Positions 16,496 through 26,033 of a stretch of DNA of 32,000 nt are shown piece by piece. The first letter of the stretch is position 1; each line of letters starts with the position of its first letter. Below the pieces are notes generated by a model. The model was given only the letters and a program-made list of their open reading frames with translations, was not told where the DNA came from and searched no databases. Origin of the DNA: Desulfobulbus propionicus DSM 2032 (GTDB lineage Bacteria > Desulfobacterota > Desulfobulbia > Desulfobulbales > Desulfobulbaceae); assembly GCF_000186885.1 (NCBI RefSeq), contig NC_014972.1, positions 1,380,001 through 1,412,000 of the forward strand. Reading direction: 5' to 3'. The position numbers and the translations under genes are program-made.

Positions 16496-17908
16496 ATGAC
16501 AACAAGAAGAACCTTTTTGAAAGCAGCCGGTCTCGCCGGCGGGGCGGTGGCCGTAGCGATGGTCAACCGCGCGGCCTTGGCCGCCCTGCCGGAGCCCGTG
16601 GTCCAGCAACAAACCGAAACCATGCCACCGCTGTTTCCCGATACCGGGCGGCCTTACAATCCGGTGGTAACGCTGAATGGCTGGACCCTGCCGTGGCGCA
16701 TGAACAACGGAGTCAAGGAGTTTCACCTGGTGGCTGAACCGGTGGTGCGGGAGATGGCTCCGGGATTCAAGGCCCATCTTTGGGGGTATAACGGCCAGAG
16801 TCCAGGTCCGACCATCGAGGTCGTCGAAGGAGACCGCGTCCGCATCTTTGTCACCAACCGGCTGCCAGAACACACTTCCATTCATTGGCATGGCCAGCGT
16901 CTTCCCAATGGGATGGATGGCGTATCCGGCCTGACCCAGCCGGCGATCAAACCCGGCCAGACCTATGTCTATGAGTTTGTCGCACGTCGTCCCGGAACCT
17001 TCATGTATCATCCCCATGCCGATGAAATGACGCAGATGGCCATGGGCATGATGGGGTCTTGGGTGACGCATCCCAAGGAAAAGCATCCACTCATTGGCGA
17101 GGTCGATAGGGATTTCATTTTTCTGCTCAACGCCTACGACATCGAACCGGGCAGCTACACCCCCAAGATCATGACCATGCTCGATTTCAACCTCTGGAGT
17201 TGGAACAGTCGCATTTTCCCAGGTATTGACTCGCTCAATGTTCGGCTGAACGATAGGGTGCGGGTGCGTATCGGCAACCTGACCATGACCAACCATCCGA
17301 TTCATCTGCATGGCCATGAATTTCAAGTGACCGGCACCGATGGCGGACCAGTGCCATTGTCGGCACGCTGGCCCGAAGTCACCACGGATATTGCCGTCGG
17401 CCAGATGCGGCAAATCGAATTTATCGCCGATGAAGAGGGTGATTGGGCCTTTCACTGCCATAAAAGCCATCACACGATGAATGCCATGGGGCATGACGTG
17501 CCGACAATGATTGGTGTCGATCATCGGGGGCTGAGCAAGAAAATCTCCCAGCTCATCCCTGATTACATGGTGATGGGGGAACGAGGCATGGCCGATATGA
17601 CAGAAATGGAGATGCCCCTTCCTGATAACACCGTGCCGATGATGACAGGGGAAGGGCCGTTCGGCTCTGTCGAGATGGGCGGGATGTTCAGTGTCGTCAA
17701 GGTGCGGTCTGGCCAGAAGCCAAACGATTACTCGAATCCCGGATGGTTCAAGCATCCCAAGGGAACAAGAGCCTTTCAGTATAAGAAAAAAATTAAAGAA
17801 CCAACCCGCTCCCGGTCTGCGGGGCGACAGTCCATGCCTCGCACGTCGAAACCTGCCGAGCCTGTCGAGGTGCGCATCCGCAAGCCGATGCGACATATGG
17901 ATCATTGA
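16496..17908 (+). CDS. Tat-exported multicopper oxidase (copper resistance type)
   Basis: TTRRTFLKAAGLAGG twin-arginine signal; copper ligands HWHG, HPHAD, HPIHLHGHEF, HCHKSHHTMNAMGH. Confidence 0.95.
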   Translation: MTTRRTFLKAAGLAGGAVAVAMVNRAALAALPEPVVQQQTETMPPLFPDTGRPYNPVVTLNGWTLPWRMNNGVKEFHLVAEPVVREMAPGFKAHLWGYNGQSPGPTIEVVEGDRVRIFVTNRLPEHTSIHWHGQRLPNGMDGVSGLTQPAIKPGQTYVYEFVARRPGTFMYHPHADEMTQMAMGMMGSWVTHPKEKHPLIGEVDRDFIFLLNAYDIEPGSYTPKIMTMLDFNLWSWNSRIFPGIDSLNVRLNDRVRVRIGNLTMTNHPIHLHGHEFQVTGTDGGPVPLSARWPEVTTDIAVGQMRQIEFIADEEGDWAFHCHKSHHTMNAMGHDVPTMIGVDHRGLSKKISQLIPDYMVMGERGMADMTEMEMPLPDNTVPMMTGEGPFGSVEMGGMFSVVKVRSGQKPNDYSNPGWFKHPKGTRAFQYKKKIKEPTRSRSAGRQSMPRTSKPAEPVEVRIRKPMRHMDH

Positions 17909-17990
17909 GTCATCGAGGAGGACGTATTTTCAAGATGTTATCCCGTGCTAACGAAGTCAAGCGAATTGTTCTTTGCAAAGGAGGCCACGC

Positions 17991-18326
17991 ATGAAGAAAC
18001 ATATCTTTTCCCTGATGGTTGCTGTGCTTGCTGGAGGAGGTGGTGTGCTGGTTGAGGGAGTGGCGCACAGTGCCGCGAATAATCAAGAGTACAATAAAAC
18101 AGGCCAAACAGAAGGCCTGACCTCCGGGCAAGTGCGCAAGATCGACAAAGAAGCAGGGAAGTTGACCCTCAAACACGAAAGAATCGCCAACCTGAACATG
18201 CCCCCGATGACCATGGTGTTCAGGGTGAAGGAGAAAAGCATGTTGAATGCTCTTCAGGTCGGTGACACGATCCTCTTTCACGCGGTTGACAGGAATGGTG
18301 TGCTGACGATAACCGAGATCAAATGA
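17991..18326 (+). CDS. CusF-like periplasmic copper-binding protein
   Basis: Signal peptide plus VRKIDKEAGKLTLKHERIANLNMPPMTMVFRVKEKSMLNALQVGDTILFHAVDRNGVLTITEI, matching the CusF fold pattern. Confidence 0.85.
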   Translation: MKKHIFSLMVAVLAGGGGVLVEGVAHSAANNQEYNKTGQTEGLTSGQVRKIDKEAGKLTLKHERIANLNMPPMTMVFRVKEKSMLNALQVGDTILFHAVDRNGVLTITEIK

Positions 18327-18696
18327 GGTGAGCCATGCAGGCGCTTCTCTTTTCGGGCGGATACCTCAGTCTTGCGAAATCGCGTTGATAGTCAGCCTGC
18401 ATGCCTTTTGGGACGGCAGTTTGCCGGTTCACATTCCGCCAGGCTGGGATAGATTTCCAGGACTGTTGACAAGATCCTTCCTGATCGATTCCATTGGGGT
18501 TCGGGGCACCTTGCGCATTGTCCGGAAGTGGTGTCTTGCAGTTGCATGGAAGCGCACGTCCCGCACATCACAAAAAAGCAGGGGGGACTTGAGAAAATGA
18601 GTGACAGCTCCATGAATTTGCTCTAATTATTTGCATAACTAGCCGATGGCGCAGGGAACCCCATGCGGTTGTGTTTGCTCAGCAGTGCCAATCAAA

Positions 18697-18711
18697 TTTC
18701 ACACCGTGAAA
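18697..18711. repeat. Inverted repeat TTTCAC-ACC-GTGAAA (possible operator)
   Basis: Perfect 6-bp arms with 3-nt spacer, 5 bp before ATG 18717. Confidence 0.35.
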
Positions 18712-18716
18712 AGGGC

Positions 18717-19307
18717 ATGAACCGATTGCAACACCTTATCCCCCTCCTCGCCGTACTCCTCACCGCACGTCTCCTGCTGTCCGCCAGCGCCACGGCAGCC
18801 GCCGCCGTTAGCCCAACGAATACACCGCCCTTTCATTTCCAGCTGGAACAGGTACTGTCAACAGGGCGGTCGCCTTCCTCCGGTGAACCGGTTCGTCAAC
18901 GGGTTGGAGTCCGTGACATCTATGCCCGGGAACAATGCACACTCCTGTGGACGCCGGAGAAGGTCAAGCAGTTGCTTGCCGCCATTGCGGCCAGCCGGGA
19001 AAATGGCCTGCAGCCCACCGATTACCCTCACCAAACACTTCTCCTCTTCGGGCATTGCCTGGCCAATGACCCCGATCCTTCCCTTTCCGTCGAAGACGGT
19101 CTGGTCTGCTCTACCGAGCGATGGCGTTCACGCGAAGCATTGGAACAGCATCTGGGCTCCTCCTTGTATAGCCGGGTTTTCGAGGCCATGGAGCTTTCCC
19201 GGCAACCGCCTAAGGTCGAATTTTTGCAGGTACAGGATATCGGCGGGTTGGATATGGTGGCCCAAGCCCGAAGGGGCAAGGGCGTGGCGTTGCATCAGGA
19301 AGAATGA
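18717..19307 (+). pseudogene. Truncated YcbB-type L,D-transpeptidase scaffold-domain fragment (catalytic YkuD domain absent)
   Basis: FHFQLEQVLSTG...VRQRVGVRDIYAREQCTLLWTPEKVKQLLAAIAASRENGLQPTDYPHQTLL resembles 'vl.eFYe.R.f.PaWt..kv.qLl.aI..a..dGL.P.DYh'; ends before any HxxxxxxxSxGC(I/V)R motif. Confidence 0.5.
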
Positions 19308-19459
19308 TGGTCACGCAGGTGCCGTCTCTGGCAGGGTTTTTGCTGCTGCGCCGGCGAATGCGCACCATCCTCCCCGACCCGTTGAACGGAACCAGGGGCA
19401 GGCAAGGGATCGGGATCAGCGGTCCACAATGAGAGCAGAAAGGGGGGTGGGAAAGATCG

Positions 19460-20656
19460 ATGAAGAAAGCCAATCATTGGGTTGGGAAGATATGGGGCGA
19501 CCGCCAGACGATTATGCGACTGGCGACCGTGACAATGCTCGCCATCGCTGCCTTGTGGCCAGCGGGCTGCCGCAAGGAGGAGAAGGCTGCGGCACCCATG
19601 GTGCCGGTGGTGGAAACCATGGTAGTGGTGCAGAAGGATGTGCCGGTGCAAAAGGAGTGGGTCGGTGTGCTCGATGGCCTTGTCAATGCCACCATCCGGC
19701 CTCAGGTTTCTGGCTACCTCATTCGCCAGAACTACAAGGAAGGTGAGGCGGTCCGCAAGGGGCAGGTGCTGTTCGAGATCGACCCGCGCACCTTCCAGGC
19801 CGCGCTGAACAAGGCCAAGGCCCAGCTCTCGGTGCAGATGGCCCGCCATGAAACCGCCAAGGCCAACCTGGCCCGCATCAAACCGTTGGCCGCCAAGAAT
19901 GCGGTCAGCCAGAAGGACCTCGACGATGCCATCGGCATGGAACTCTCGGCGCGCTCCTCGGTCGAGGCGGCCCAGGCAGCGGTGGATGAGGCACAGTTGA
20001 ATCTCGGCTTCACCAAGATCACCTCGCCGGTCGACGGGGTGGCCGGCATCGCCAAGACCCAGCTGGGTGACCTGGTGGGTCCGAGCATGCAGGAGGAGCT
20101 GACCTCGGTCTCCACCCTCGACCCGATCAAGGTGTACGTCAACATCAGCGAACGTGAATACCTCAATGCTGCCGCGGCCGGCAACCAGCGGATGGAAGAA
20201 CTGCCCCTGGAACTGATCCTGGCCGATAACAGTGTCTATCCGCATCCAGGGCATCTGGCCATCATGGACCGGCAGATCGACCCCACCACCGGCACGATGA
20301 AGATCGGGGCACTGTTCCCCAACCCGGAGAACCGACTGCGTCCCGGCCAGTATGGCCGCGTGCGCGCCACGGTCCGCATCCAGCAGGGCGCGTTGCTGGT
20401 GCCGCAACGGGCGGTTGGCGAGGTGCAGGGCAAATACATGGTGGCCGTGATTGGCGCCGACAATAAGGTCGACATCCGGCCGGTGCAGGTGGGGCCGCGG
20501 ATCGCCAGCGACTGGATCATCGACCAGGGGCTCAAGCCCGGTGAACAGATCGTGGTCGAAGGGATTCAGAAGGTGCGACCGGGCATGACGGTGACCCCCA
20601 AGCCGTTTTCACCGCAAACCACGCCAACGGCTGTCGCGCCGGCGGAGAAGAGGTGA
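19460..20656 (+). CDS. RND efflux periplasmic adaptor (AcrA/MexE-like) lipoprotein
   Basis: AALWPAGC lipobox; VRPQVSGYL-type (IRPQVSGYLIRQNYKEGEAVRKGQVLFEIDPRTFQAAL), KITSPVDGVAGIAKTQLGDLV, LRPGQYGRVRA. Confidence 0.95.
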   Translation: MKKANHWVGKIWGDRQTIMRLATVTMLAIAALWPAGCRKEEKAAAPMVPVVETMVVVQKDVPVQKEWVGVLDGLVNATIRPQVSGYLIRQNYKEGEAVRKGQVLFEIDPRTFQAALNKAKAQLSVQMARHETAKANLARIKPLAAKNAVSQKDLDDAIGMELSARSSVEAAQAAVDEAQLNLGFTKITSPVDGVAGIAKTQLGDLVGPSMQEELTSVSTLDPIKVYVNISEREYLNAAAAGNQRMEELPLELILADNSVYPHPGHLAIMDRQIDPTTGTMKIGALFPNPENRLRPGQYGRVRATVRIQQGALLVPQRAVGEVQGKYMVAVIGADNKVDIRPVQVGPRIASDWIIDQGLKPGEQIVVEGIQKVRPGMTVTPKPFSPQTTPTAVAPAEKR

Positions 20657-20662
20657 GGCGCC

Positions 20663-23600
20663 ATGGCCAGATTCTTCATCAATCGCCCCATTGTGGCCAT
20701 GGTGCTCTCGATCCTTATGGTCATTGTCGGGCTGGTCGCCATGAGCGGCCTGCCCACCGCCCAGTTTCCCAACATCGTGCCGCCGGAGATCAAGGTGTCC
20801 ACCACCTACACCGGTGCCGATGCCCTTACCCTGGAGCAGGCGGTGGCCACCCCGATCGAGCAGGAGATGTCGGGCGTGGACAACATGAACTACATGTACT
20901 CGATCAACGCCAACAATGGCGAGACCAAGCTGACGGTCAACTTCGACATCAAGACCGACACCAACACCGACCAGCTGCTGGCCCAGATGCGCAAGGGCCA
21001 GGCCGAGTCGCAGCTGCCCAGCGATGTGCGTAACTACGGCGTCAAGGTGGAGAAATCGACCTCCTCGCCGCTGATCATGTTCGGCCTCTATTCGCCGAAC
21101 GGTACCTACGACAACGTCTTCCTCGCCAACTACTGCTACATCAATATCAACGACCAGATGACCCGCATTCCGGGTATCGCCAGCGTCACCATCTTCGGCG
21201 CCGGCAAGTACGCCATGCGGTTGTGGGTCAAGCCCGATCAGCTGGCCAAGCTCAACATCACTATCCCCGAGATCGTCAACGCCATCAATGCCCAGAACAC
21301 GGTCAACCCAGCCGGGCAGGTGGGGGCGGAACCGGTGCCCACAGGCCAGGAATTCACCTACGCGGTGCGCGCCCAAGGGCGGTTGCAGTCCGAGGCGGAT
21401 TTTGGCCGGGTGGTACTGCGCGCCAATCCGGACGGCTCGATCGTGCGGGTCAGCGATGTGGCCCGGATCGAGCTGGGCGCCCAGACTTACAGCCTGGAAG
21501 GCCGGCTCAACGGCAAGCCCAGCGCTCTGATTGCTCTGTACCAGATGCCCGGTTCCAACGCGGTCGAGGCAGCCAAGGGCGCCCGGGAACTGATGGAGCA
21601 GCTCAAGCAGCGCTTCCCGCCGGATCTGGATTATGTCGTGTCCCTCGATACCACCCTGGCGGTCACCGAGGGCATCAAGGAGATCGAACACACCCTGTTC
21701 GAGGCCCTGGTGCTGGTGATCATCGTGGTGTTCATCTTTCTCCAGGGGTGGCGGGCCACGCTGATCCCGCTGTTGGCGGTGCCGGTCTCCCTGGTGGGCA
21801 CCTTCATGTTCTTTCCCCTGTTCGGCTTCTCGATCAACACCCTGTCGCTCTTTGGCCTGGTCTTGGCCATCGGCCTGGTGGTCGATGACGCCATCGTCGT
21901 GGTCGAGGCGGTGGAACACCATATCGAACACGGGCTCAGTCCCAAGGAGGCCACTTTCAAGGCCATGGAGGAGGTCTCGGGCCCGGTGATCGCCATCGCC
22001 ATCATCCTCGCTGCGGTGTTCGTGCCCACGGCCTTCATCCCCGGCATCACCGGCCGGCTCTACCAGCAGTTCGCCCTGACCATCGCCCTGTCGGTGATCA
22101 TCTCGGCCTTCAACGCCCTGACCCTTTCTCCGGCCCTGTGTGCCTTGCTGCTCAAACCCAAGGTCAAGGGCCGCGGGCCGCTGCAGAAATTTTATGATTG
22201 GTTCAACCGGGTGTTCGGCCGGGCCACCGACGGCTACGTCGGCCTGTGCCGGGTAGCGGTGCACAAGAGCGCCATCAGCCTGCTCTTTTTGGTGGGCATG
22301 GTGGTCCTGACCGGATTCTTCGGCAAAACCGTGCCCTCGGGCTTCCTGCCGGAAGAGGATCAGGGCTACGTCTTCGCCGGCATTCAACTTCCCGATGCGG
22401 CCTCGCTGCAGCGCACCCGCGATCTCACCGAACAGGCGGAAAAGCTGATCATGGAAACCCCAGGGGTGAAGTACACCACCTCGGTCATCGGCTACTCGAT
22501 GCTCAGCCAGGTCACCAACACCTACTCGGCCTTCTTCTTCATCACCTTGGACGACTGGGCCGCACGCAAGGAGCCGGCCGTGCAGTACGAGGCCATCAAG
22601 CAGACGCTCAACAAGAAACTGGGCAGCCTCAGCGGCGCCATCGGTTTTGCCTTCTCGCCGCCGGCCATCCCCGGCATCGGCACCTCGGGTGGTGTGACCT
22701 TCATGCTCGAAGACCGGGCCGGCAAGGATCTGGAGTTCCTGGCCACCAATGTCAGCAAATTTGTCGAGGCGGCCAAAAAGCGGCCTGAACTGGCCACGGT
22801 CTCCACCACCTTTCGCCCGACCGTGCCCCAGCTGTTCGTCGAGGTCGATCAGGACAAGGTGCTCAAGCAGGGGGTCAACGTCAACGACGTTTACAAGACC
22901 CTGCAGAGCTTCATGGGCAGCGGCTTTATCAACTATTTCAACAAATTCGGTCGTCAGTGGCAGGTGTACATCCAGGCCGAGGGAGATTTCCGCACCAATA
23001 TCGACAACATTGGCCAGTTCTATGTGCGCAATCAAGAGGGTAAATCCGTGCCGCTCTCGGCCTTGACCACGGTGAAGAACATTACCGGGCCGGAGTTCAC
23101 CATGCGCTACAACCTCTACCGGGCCGCCCAGATCAATGCCGGCGCCGCCCCTGGCTACAGTTCGGCCCAGGCCATGCGGGCCCTGGAGGAAGTGTTCGCC
23201 GAGACCATGCCCTCGGAGATGGGCTACGACTACATGGGCATGAGCTTCCAGGAGTGGCAGGCGCAGAAAGGGGTGTCGCCGGTGGTGATTTTTGGATTTT
23301 CGCTGCTGTGCGTGTTCCTGATCCTGGCGGCCCAGTACGAGAGCTGGTCCTTGCCCTTTTCCGTCCTCTTGGGGACGCCGATCGCCGTGGCCGGCGCCTT
23401 TGGCGCCCTCTTTCTCCGCGGCCAGGAAAACAATGTCTATGCCCAGATCGGTCTGGTCATGCTCATCGGCCTGTCGGCCAAGAACGCCATCCTCATCGTC
23501 GAGTTCGCCAAGATGGAGTACGAGAAGGGCAGGCCCCTGCTGGAGGCCACCCTGGAGGGCGCCAAGCTGCGCCTGCGGCCCATTCTCATGACCTCGTTCG

Positions 23601-23824
23601 CCTTCATTCTCGGCTGTGTGCCGCTGGCCATTGCCTCGGGCGCGGGCGCCATCTCCCGCCAGGTCATGGGTAACGCGGTCATCGGCGGCATGCTCGCCGC
23701 CACCTGCATCGGTGTCTTCCTCATCCCGGTGACCTTCTATGTAGTGGAGAAACTGGGACACCGGCCCACGAACGAGCCGACCGTCTCCGCCAGTTCCAAT
23801 CAGGGAGGGCCGCATCATGGATAA
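20663..23824 (+). CDS. RND multidrug efflux permease (HAE-1/AcrB-like)
   Basis: MARFFINRPIVAMVLSILMVIVGLVAMSGLPTAQFPNIVPPEI; TM4 motif GLVVDDAIVVVE; FGRFLPxGFLPEEDQG-like TVPSGFLPEEDQGYVFAGIQLP. Confidence 0.97.
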   Translation: MARFFINRPIVAMVLSILMVIVGLVAMSGLPTAQFPNIVPPEIKVSTTYTGADALTLEQAVATPIEQEMSGVDNMNYMYSINANNGETKLTVNFDIKTDTNTDQLLAQMRKGQAESQLPSDVRNYGVKVEKSTSSPLIMFGLYSPNGTYDNVFLANYCYININDQMTRIPGIASVTIFGAGKYAMRLWVKPDQLAKLNITIPEIVNAINAQNTVNPAGQVGAEPVPTGQEFTYAVRAQGRLQSEADFGRVVLRANPDGSIVRVSDVARIELGAQTYSLEGRLNGKPSALIALYQMPGSNAVEAAKGARELMEQLKQRFPPDLDYVVSLDTTLAVTEGIKEIEHTLFEALVLVIIVVFIFLQGWRATLIPLLAVPVSLVGTFMFFPLFGFSINTLSLFGLVLAIGLVVDDAIVVVEAVEHHIEHGLSPKEATFKAMEEVSGPVIAIAIILAAVFVPTAFIPGITGRLYQQFALTIALSVIISAFNALTLSPALCALLLKPKVKGRGPLQKFYDWFNRVFGRATDGYVGLCRVAVHKSAISLLFLVGMVVLTGFFGKTVPSGFLPEEDQGYVFAGIQLPDAASLQRTRDLTEQAEKLIMETPGVKYTTSVIGYSMLSQVTNTYSAFFFITLDDWAARKEPAVQYEAIKQTLNKKLGSLSGAIGFAFSPPAIPGIGTSGGVTFMLEDRAGKDLEFLATNVSKFVEAAKKRPELATVSTTFRPTVPQLFVEVDQDKVLKQGVNVNDVYKTLQSFMGSGFINYFNKFGRQWQVYIQAEGDFRTNIDNIGQFYVRNQEGKSVPLSALTTVKNITGPEFTMRYNLYRAAQINAGAAPGYSSAQAMRALEEVFAETMPSEMGYDYMGMSFQEWQAQKGVSPVVIFGFSLLCVFLILAAQYESWSLPFSVLLGTPIAVAGAFGALFLRGQENNVYAQIGLVMLIGLSAKNAILIVEFAKMEYEKGRPLLEATLEGAKLRLRPILMTSFAFILGCVPLAIASGAGAISRQVMGNAVIGGMLAATCIGVFLIPVTFYVVEKLGHRPTNEPTVSASSNQGGPHHG

Positions 23825-25241
23825 ATCGTGGATTGCCCTCCTCTTGATCCTGTTGGTGGGCGGGTGCACGGTGGGCCCGGATTACAACCGGCCGCCCATC
23901 GACGCCCCCTCGGATTGGCGGCTGATCGACAGCGAGGCCAAGGATCTGGCCAACACCCCCTGGTGGCAGCAGTTCAACGATCCGGTGCTCACGACCCTGA
24001 TCGAGACGGCCCTGCGGGAAAACAAGGAGCTGCAGATCGCTGCGGCGCGCATTGAGGAGTATGCCGGACGCTATGGCATGGCCCGGGCGGATCTCTTCCC
24101 GCAGGTCAGTGGGTCTGCGGAATACAATCGGCAGCGGGTGACCGAACTGGGCGACAACCGGTATGCATCCGGCTACAAGACCACCACCGACACCTTTGCC
24201 GCCACTTTGGGCGCCAGTTGGGAGATCGACATCTGGGGCCGAATCCGGCGCGGCACCGAAGCGGCTCGGGCCGAGCTGCTGGCCAGCGAGGAGGGACGGC
24301 GGGCCGTGGTCCTCTCCTTGGTGAGCAGCGTGGCCAGCGGATACATCAACCTGCGCGACCTCGACCGCCAGCTGGAGATCAGCCGCAACACCGCCACCAG
24401 CCGTGGTCAATCGTATGCACTATTCAAGGAACGGTTTGCCGGCGGCATCATCTCCGATCTCGAGTTGAGCCAGAACCGTTCCCAGTACGAGGAGGCCCTG
24501 GCCTCCATTCCCAGCCTGGAAAAGGCCATCGCCCAACAGGAGAACGGCCTCAGTGTCCTTTTGGGGCGCAATCCCGGGCCGATCCCGCGGGGCAGGAACA
24601 TCGATCAGTTGACCCTGCCGGCGGTGGTCGCCGGGTTGCCTTCGGACCTGCTTGAGCGGCGGCCCGATATCCGTCAGGCCGAGCAGACGCTGATTGCCGC
24701 CAATGCCCGCATCGGCGTGGCCAAGGCCGCCTATTTCCCGTCCATCTCTCTCACCGGCGCCTTTGGCTCGGCCAGTGGCGACCTCAGTGATTTGTTCAAG
24801 GGGCCATCCAAGGTCTGGAACTACAGCGCGCCCGTGACCATGCCCCTCTTCACCGCCGGTAAGATTGCCGGCAGCGTCAAGGAGGCCGAGGCCATCCAGC
24901 AACAGGCCCTGCTCGGCTATCAGCAGGCCATCCAGAACGGGTTCCGCGAGGTCAACGATGCCCTGGCTGATCAGCAGCATACCACGAGGCAGTTGGCGGC
25001 GCAGAAGAATCAGGTCGACTCCCTGCGCCAGTACGCCGACATCGCCCGGTTGCGCTATGACAACGGCTATACCGATTATCTGGCGGTGCTCGATGCGGAA
25101 CGCAGCCTGTTCAATGCCGAACTGGCCTACACCCAAACCCAGGGTGCGCTCCATCTGGCCCTGATCAATCTCTACAAGGCCATGGGCGGCGGCTGGATGA
25201 ACAAGGCGGACCAGATGGACCGACCGGTCAGCGGACCGTGA
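23817..25241 (+). CDS. RND efflux outer-membrane lipoprotein (OprM/NodT-like)
   Basis: LLILLVGGCTVGPDYNRPPIDAPSDWR...WWQQFNDPVLTTLIETALRENKELQIAAARI; 8-bp overlap with permease gene. Confidence 0.95.
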   Translation: MDKSWIALLLILLVGGCTVGPDYNRPPIDAPSDWRLIDSEAKDLANTPWWQQFNDPVLTTLIETALRENKELQIAAARIEEYAGRYGMARADLFPQVSGSAEYNRQRVTELGDNRYASGYKTTTDTFAATLGASWEIDIWGRIRRGTEAARAELLASEEGRRAVVLSLVSSVASGYINLRDLDRQLEISRNTATSRGQSYALFKERFAGGIISDLELSQNRSQYEEALASIPSLEKAIAQQENGLSVLLGRNPGPIPRGRNIDQLTLPAVVAGLPSDLLERRPDIRQAEQTLIAANARIGVAKAAYFPSISLTGAFGSASGDLSDLFKGPSKVWNYSAPVTMPLFTAGKIAGSVKEAEAIQQQALLGYQQAIQNGFREVNDALADQQHTTRQLAAQKNQVDSLRQYADIARLRYDNGYTDYLAVLDAERSLFNAELAYTQTQGALHLALINLYKAMGGGWMNKADQMDRPVSGP

Positions 25242-25349
25242 GCGCAGGGTGGCAACCGATGTCGCCCTGCATGATTTCACGGAAGAATAACGAGGAAGAG
25301 GGCAGGGTGGCTCACGCCCGCTTGAATCAATAACCTACCGGAGGACAAC

Positions 25350-25952
25350 ATGAGCAAGATTTTCAGCATGGTAATGGTGGTCGCGTGTGTGGGTATCTTG
25401 GCAGCCTGTGCCAAGACGGAACAGCCTGTGGACAACCAGGCAAGCATGCAGGAGCAACAGGCATCTAATCTCGATGTGCAGCGTTCCAGTGTTCAGTCCA
25501 CCGTGGCCACGGTCGAGAGCGTAAATCTGAAGACCCGAATGGTCAAACTGCGCAGCCTTGAAGGGCGACCGTTCACCATCCATGTCGGCAAGGAGGCGGT
25601 TAACCTGCCCCAAGTCAAGGCGGGCGATAGGGTTGAGATTACCTATACCGAATCCCTGGAGGTCCGCATGGCCGAGCCCGGTGAGGTCATCGAGGAAAGC
25701 AGTACGGTCGTAGGGCGTGCGGTACCGGGTGCCAAGCCGGGAGGGTTCGGCATCACCGAGACCAACATCACCGCCGAGATCCTTGATCTGGATAAAGCCA
25801 ATGAAACCGCCACGCTGAAAATGGCCGACGGTTCTGTGGCCACGGTGAAGGTCCAGAATCCCGCCAACCTCGAAAAGGTCAAGGTCGGCGATACGATTGC
25901 CATCAAATATCTCGAAGCGCTTGAGATTACCGTGAAGGGCAAGAAGAAATAA
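25350..25952 (+). CDS. Hypothetical lipoprotein with internal domain duplication
   Basis: Lipobox VGILAAC; two similar segments, ATVESVNLKTRMVKLRSLEGRPFTIHVGKEAVNLPQVKAGDRVEITYTESLEV and AEILDLDKANETATLKMADGSVATVKVQNPANLEKVKVGDTIAIKYLEALEI. Confidence 0.75.
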   Translation: MSKIFSMVMVVACVGILAACAKTEQPVDNQASMQEQQASNLDVQRSSVQSTVATVESVNLKTRMVKLRSLEGRPFTIHVGKEAVNLPQVKAGDRVEITYTESLEVRMAEPGEVIEESSTVVGRAVPGAKPGGFGITETNITAEILDLDKANETATLKMADGSVATVKVQNPANLEKVKVGDTIAIKYLEALEITVKGKKK

Positions 25953-26033
25953 GACGATCGTCTGCCCGTCGGTGACCACCGCTTTTCGGCAGCAGCATAG
26001 AGACAACCACCTCGAAAAAGAAGGAGCCAAAGC

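Noticed and set aside
16385-17905. 506-aa antisense ORF opposite the multicopper oxidase
   Set aside because: His/Arg-rich mirror of the copper oxidase; no independent domain evidence.
17991-18326. Loss of the CusF tryptophan (NWPEMTM in E. coli versus NMPPMTM here) as a novelty
   Set aside because: I recall Met at this position being common in wider CusF-like proteins, so it is not treated as unusual.
20609-23869. 1086-aa antisense ORF opposite the RND permease
   Set aside because: Composition is Gly/His/Arg/Asp-rich with no recognisable motifs. The opposite strand encodes an unambiguous RND permease, so this is a high-GC shadow ORF.
25243-25273. GCAGGG...CCCTGC pairing after the efflux outer-membrane gene as a terminator
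   Set aside because: Short arms, long loop and no following T-run.
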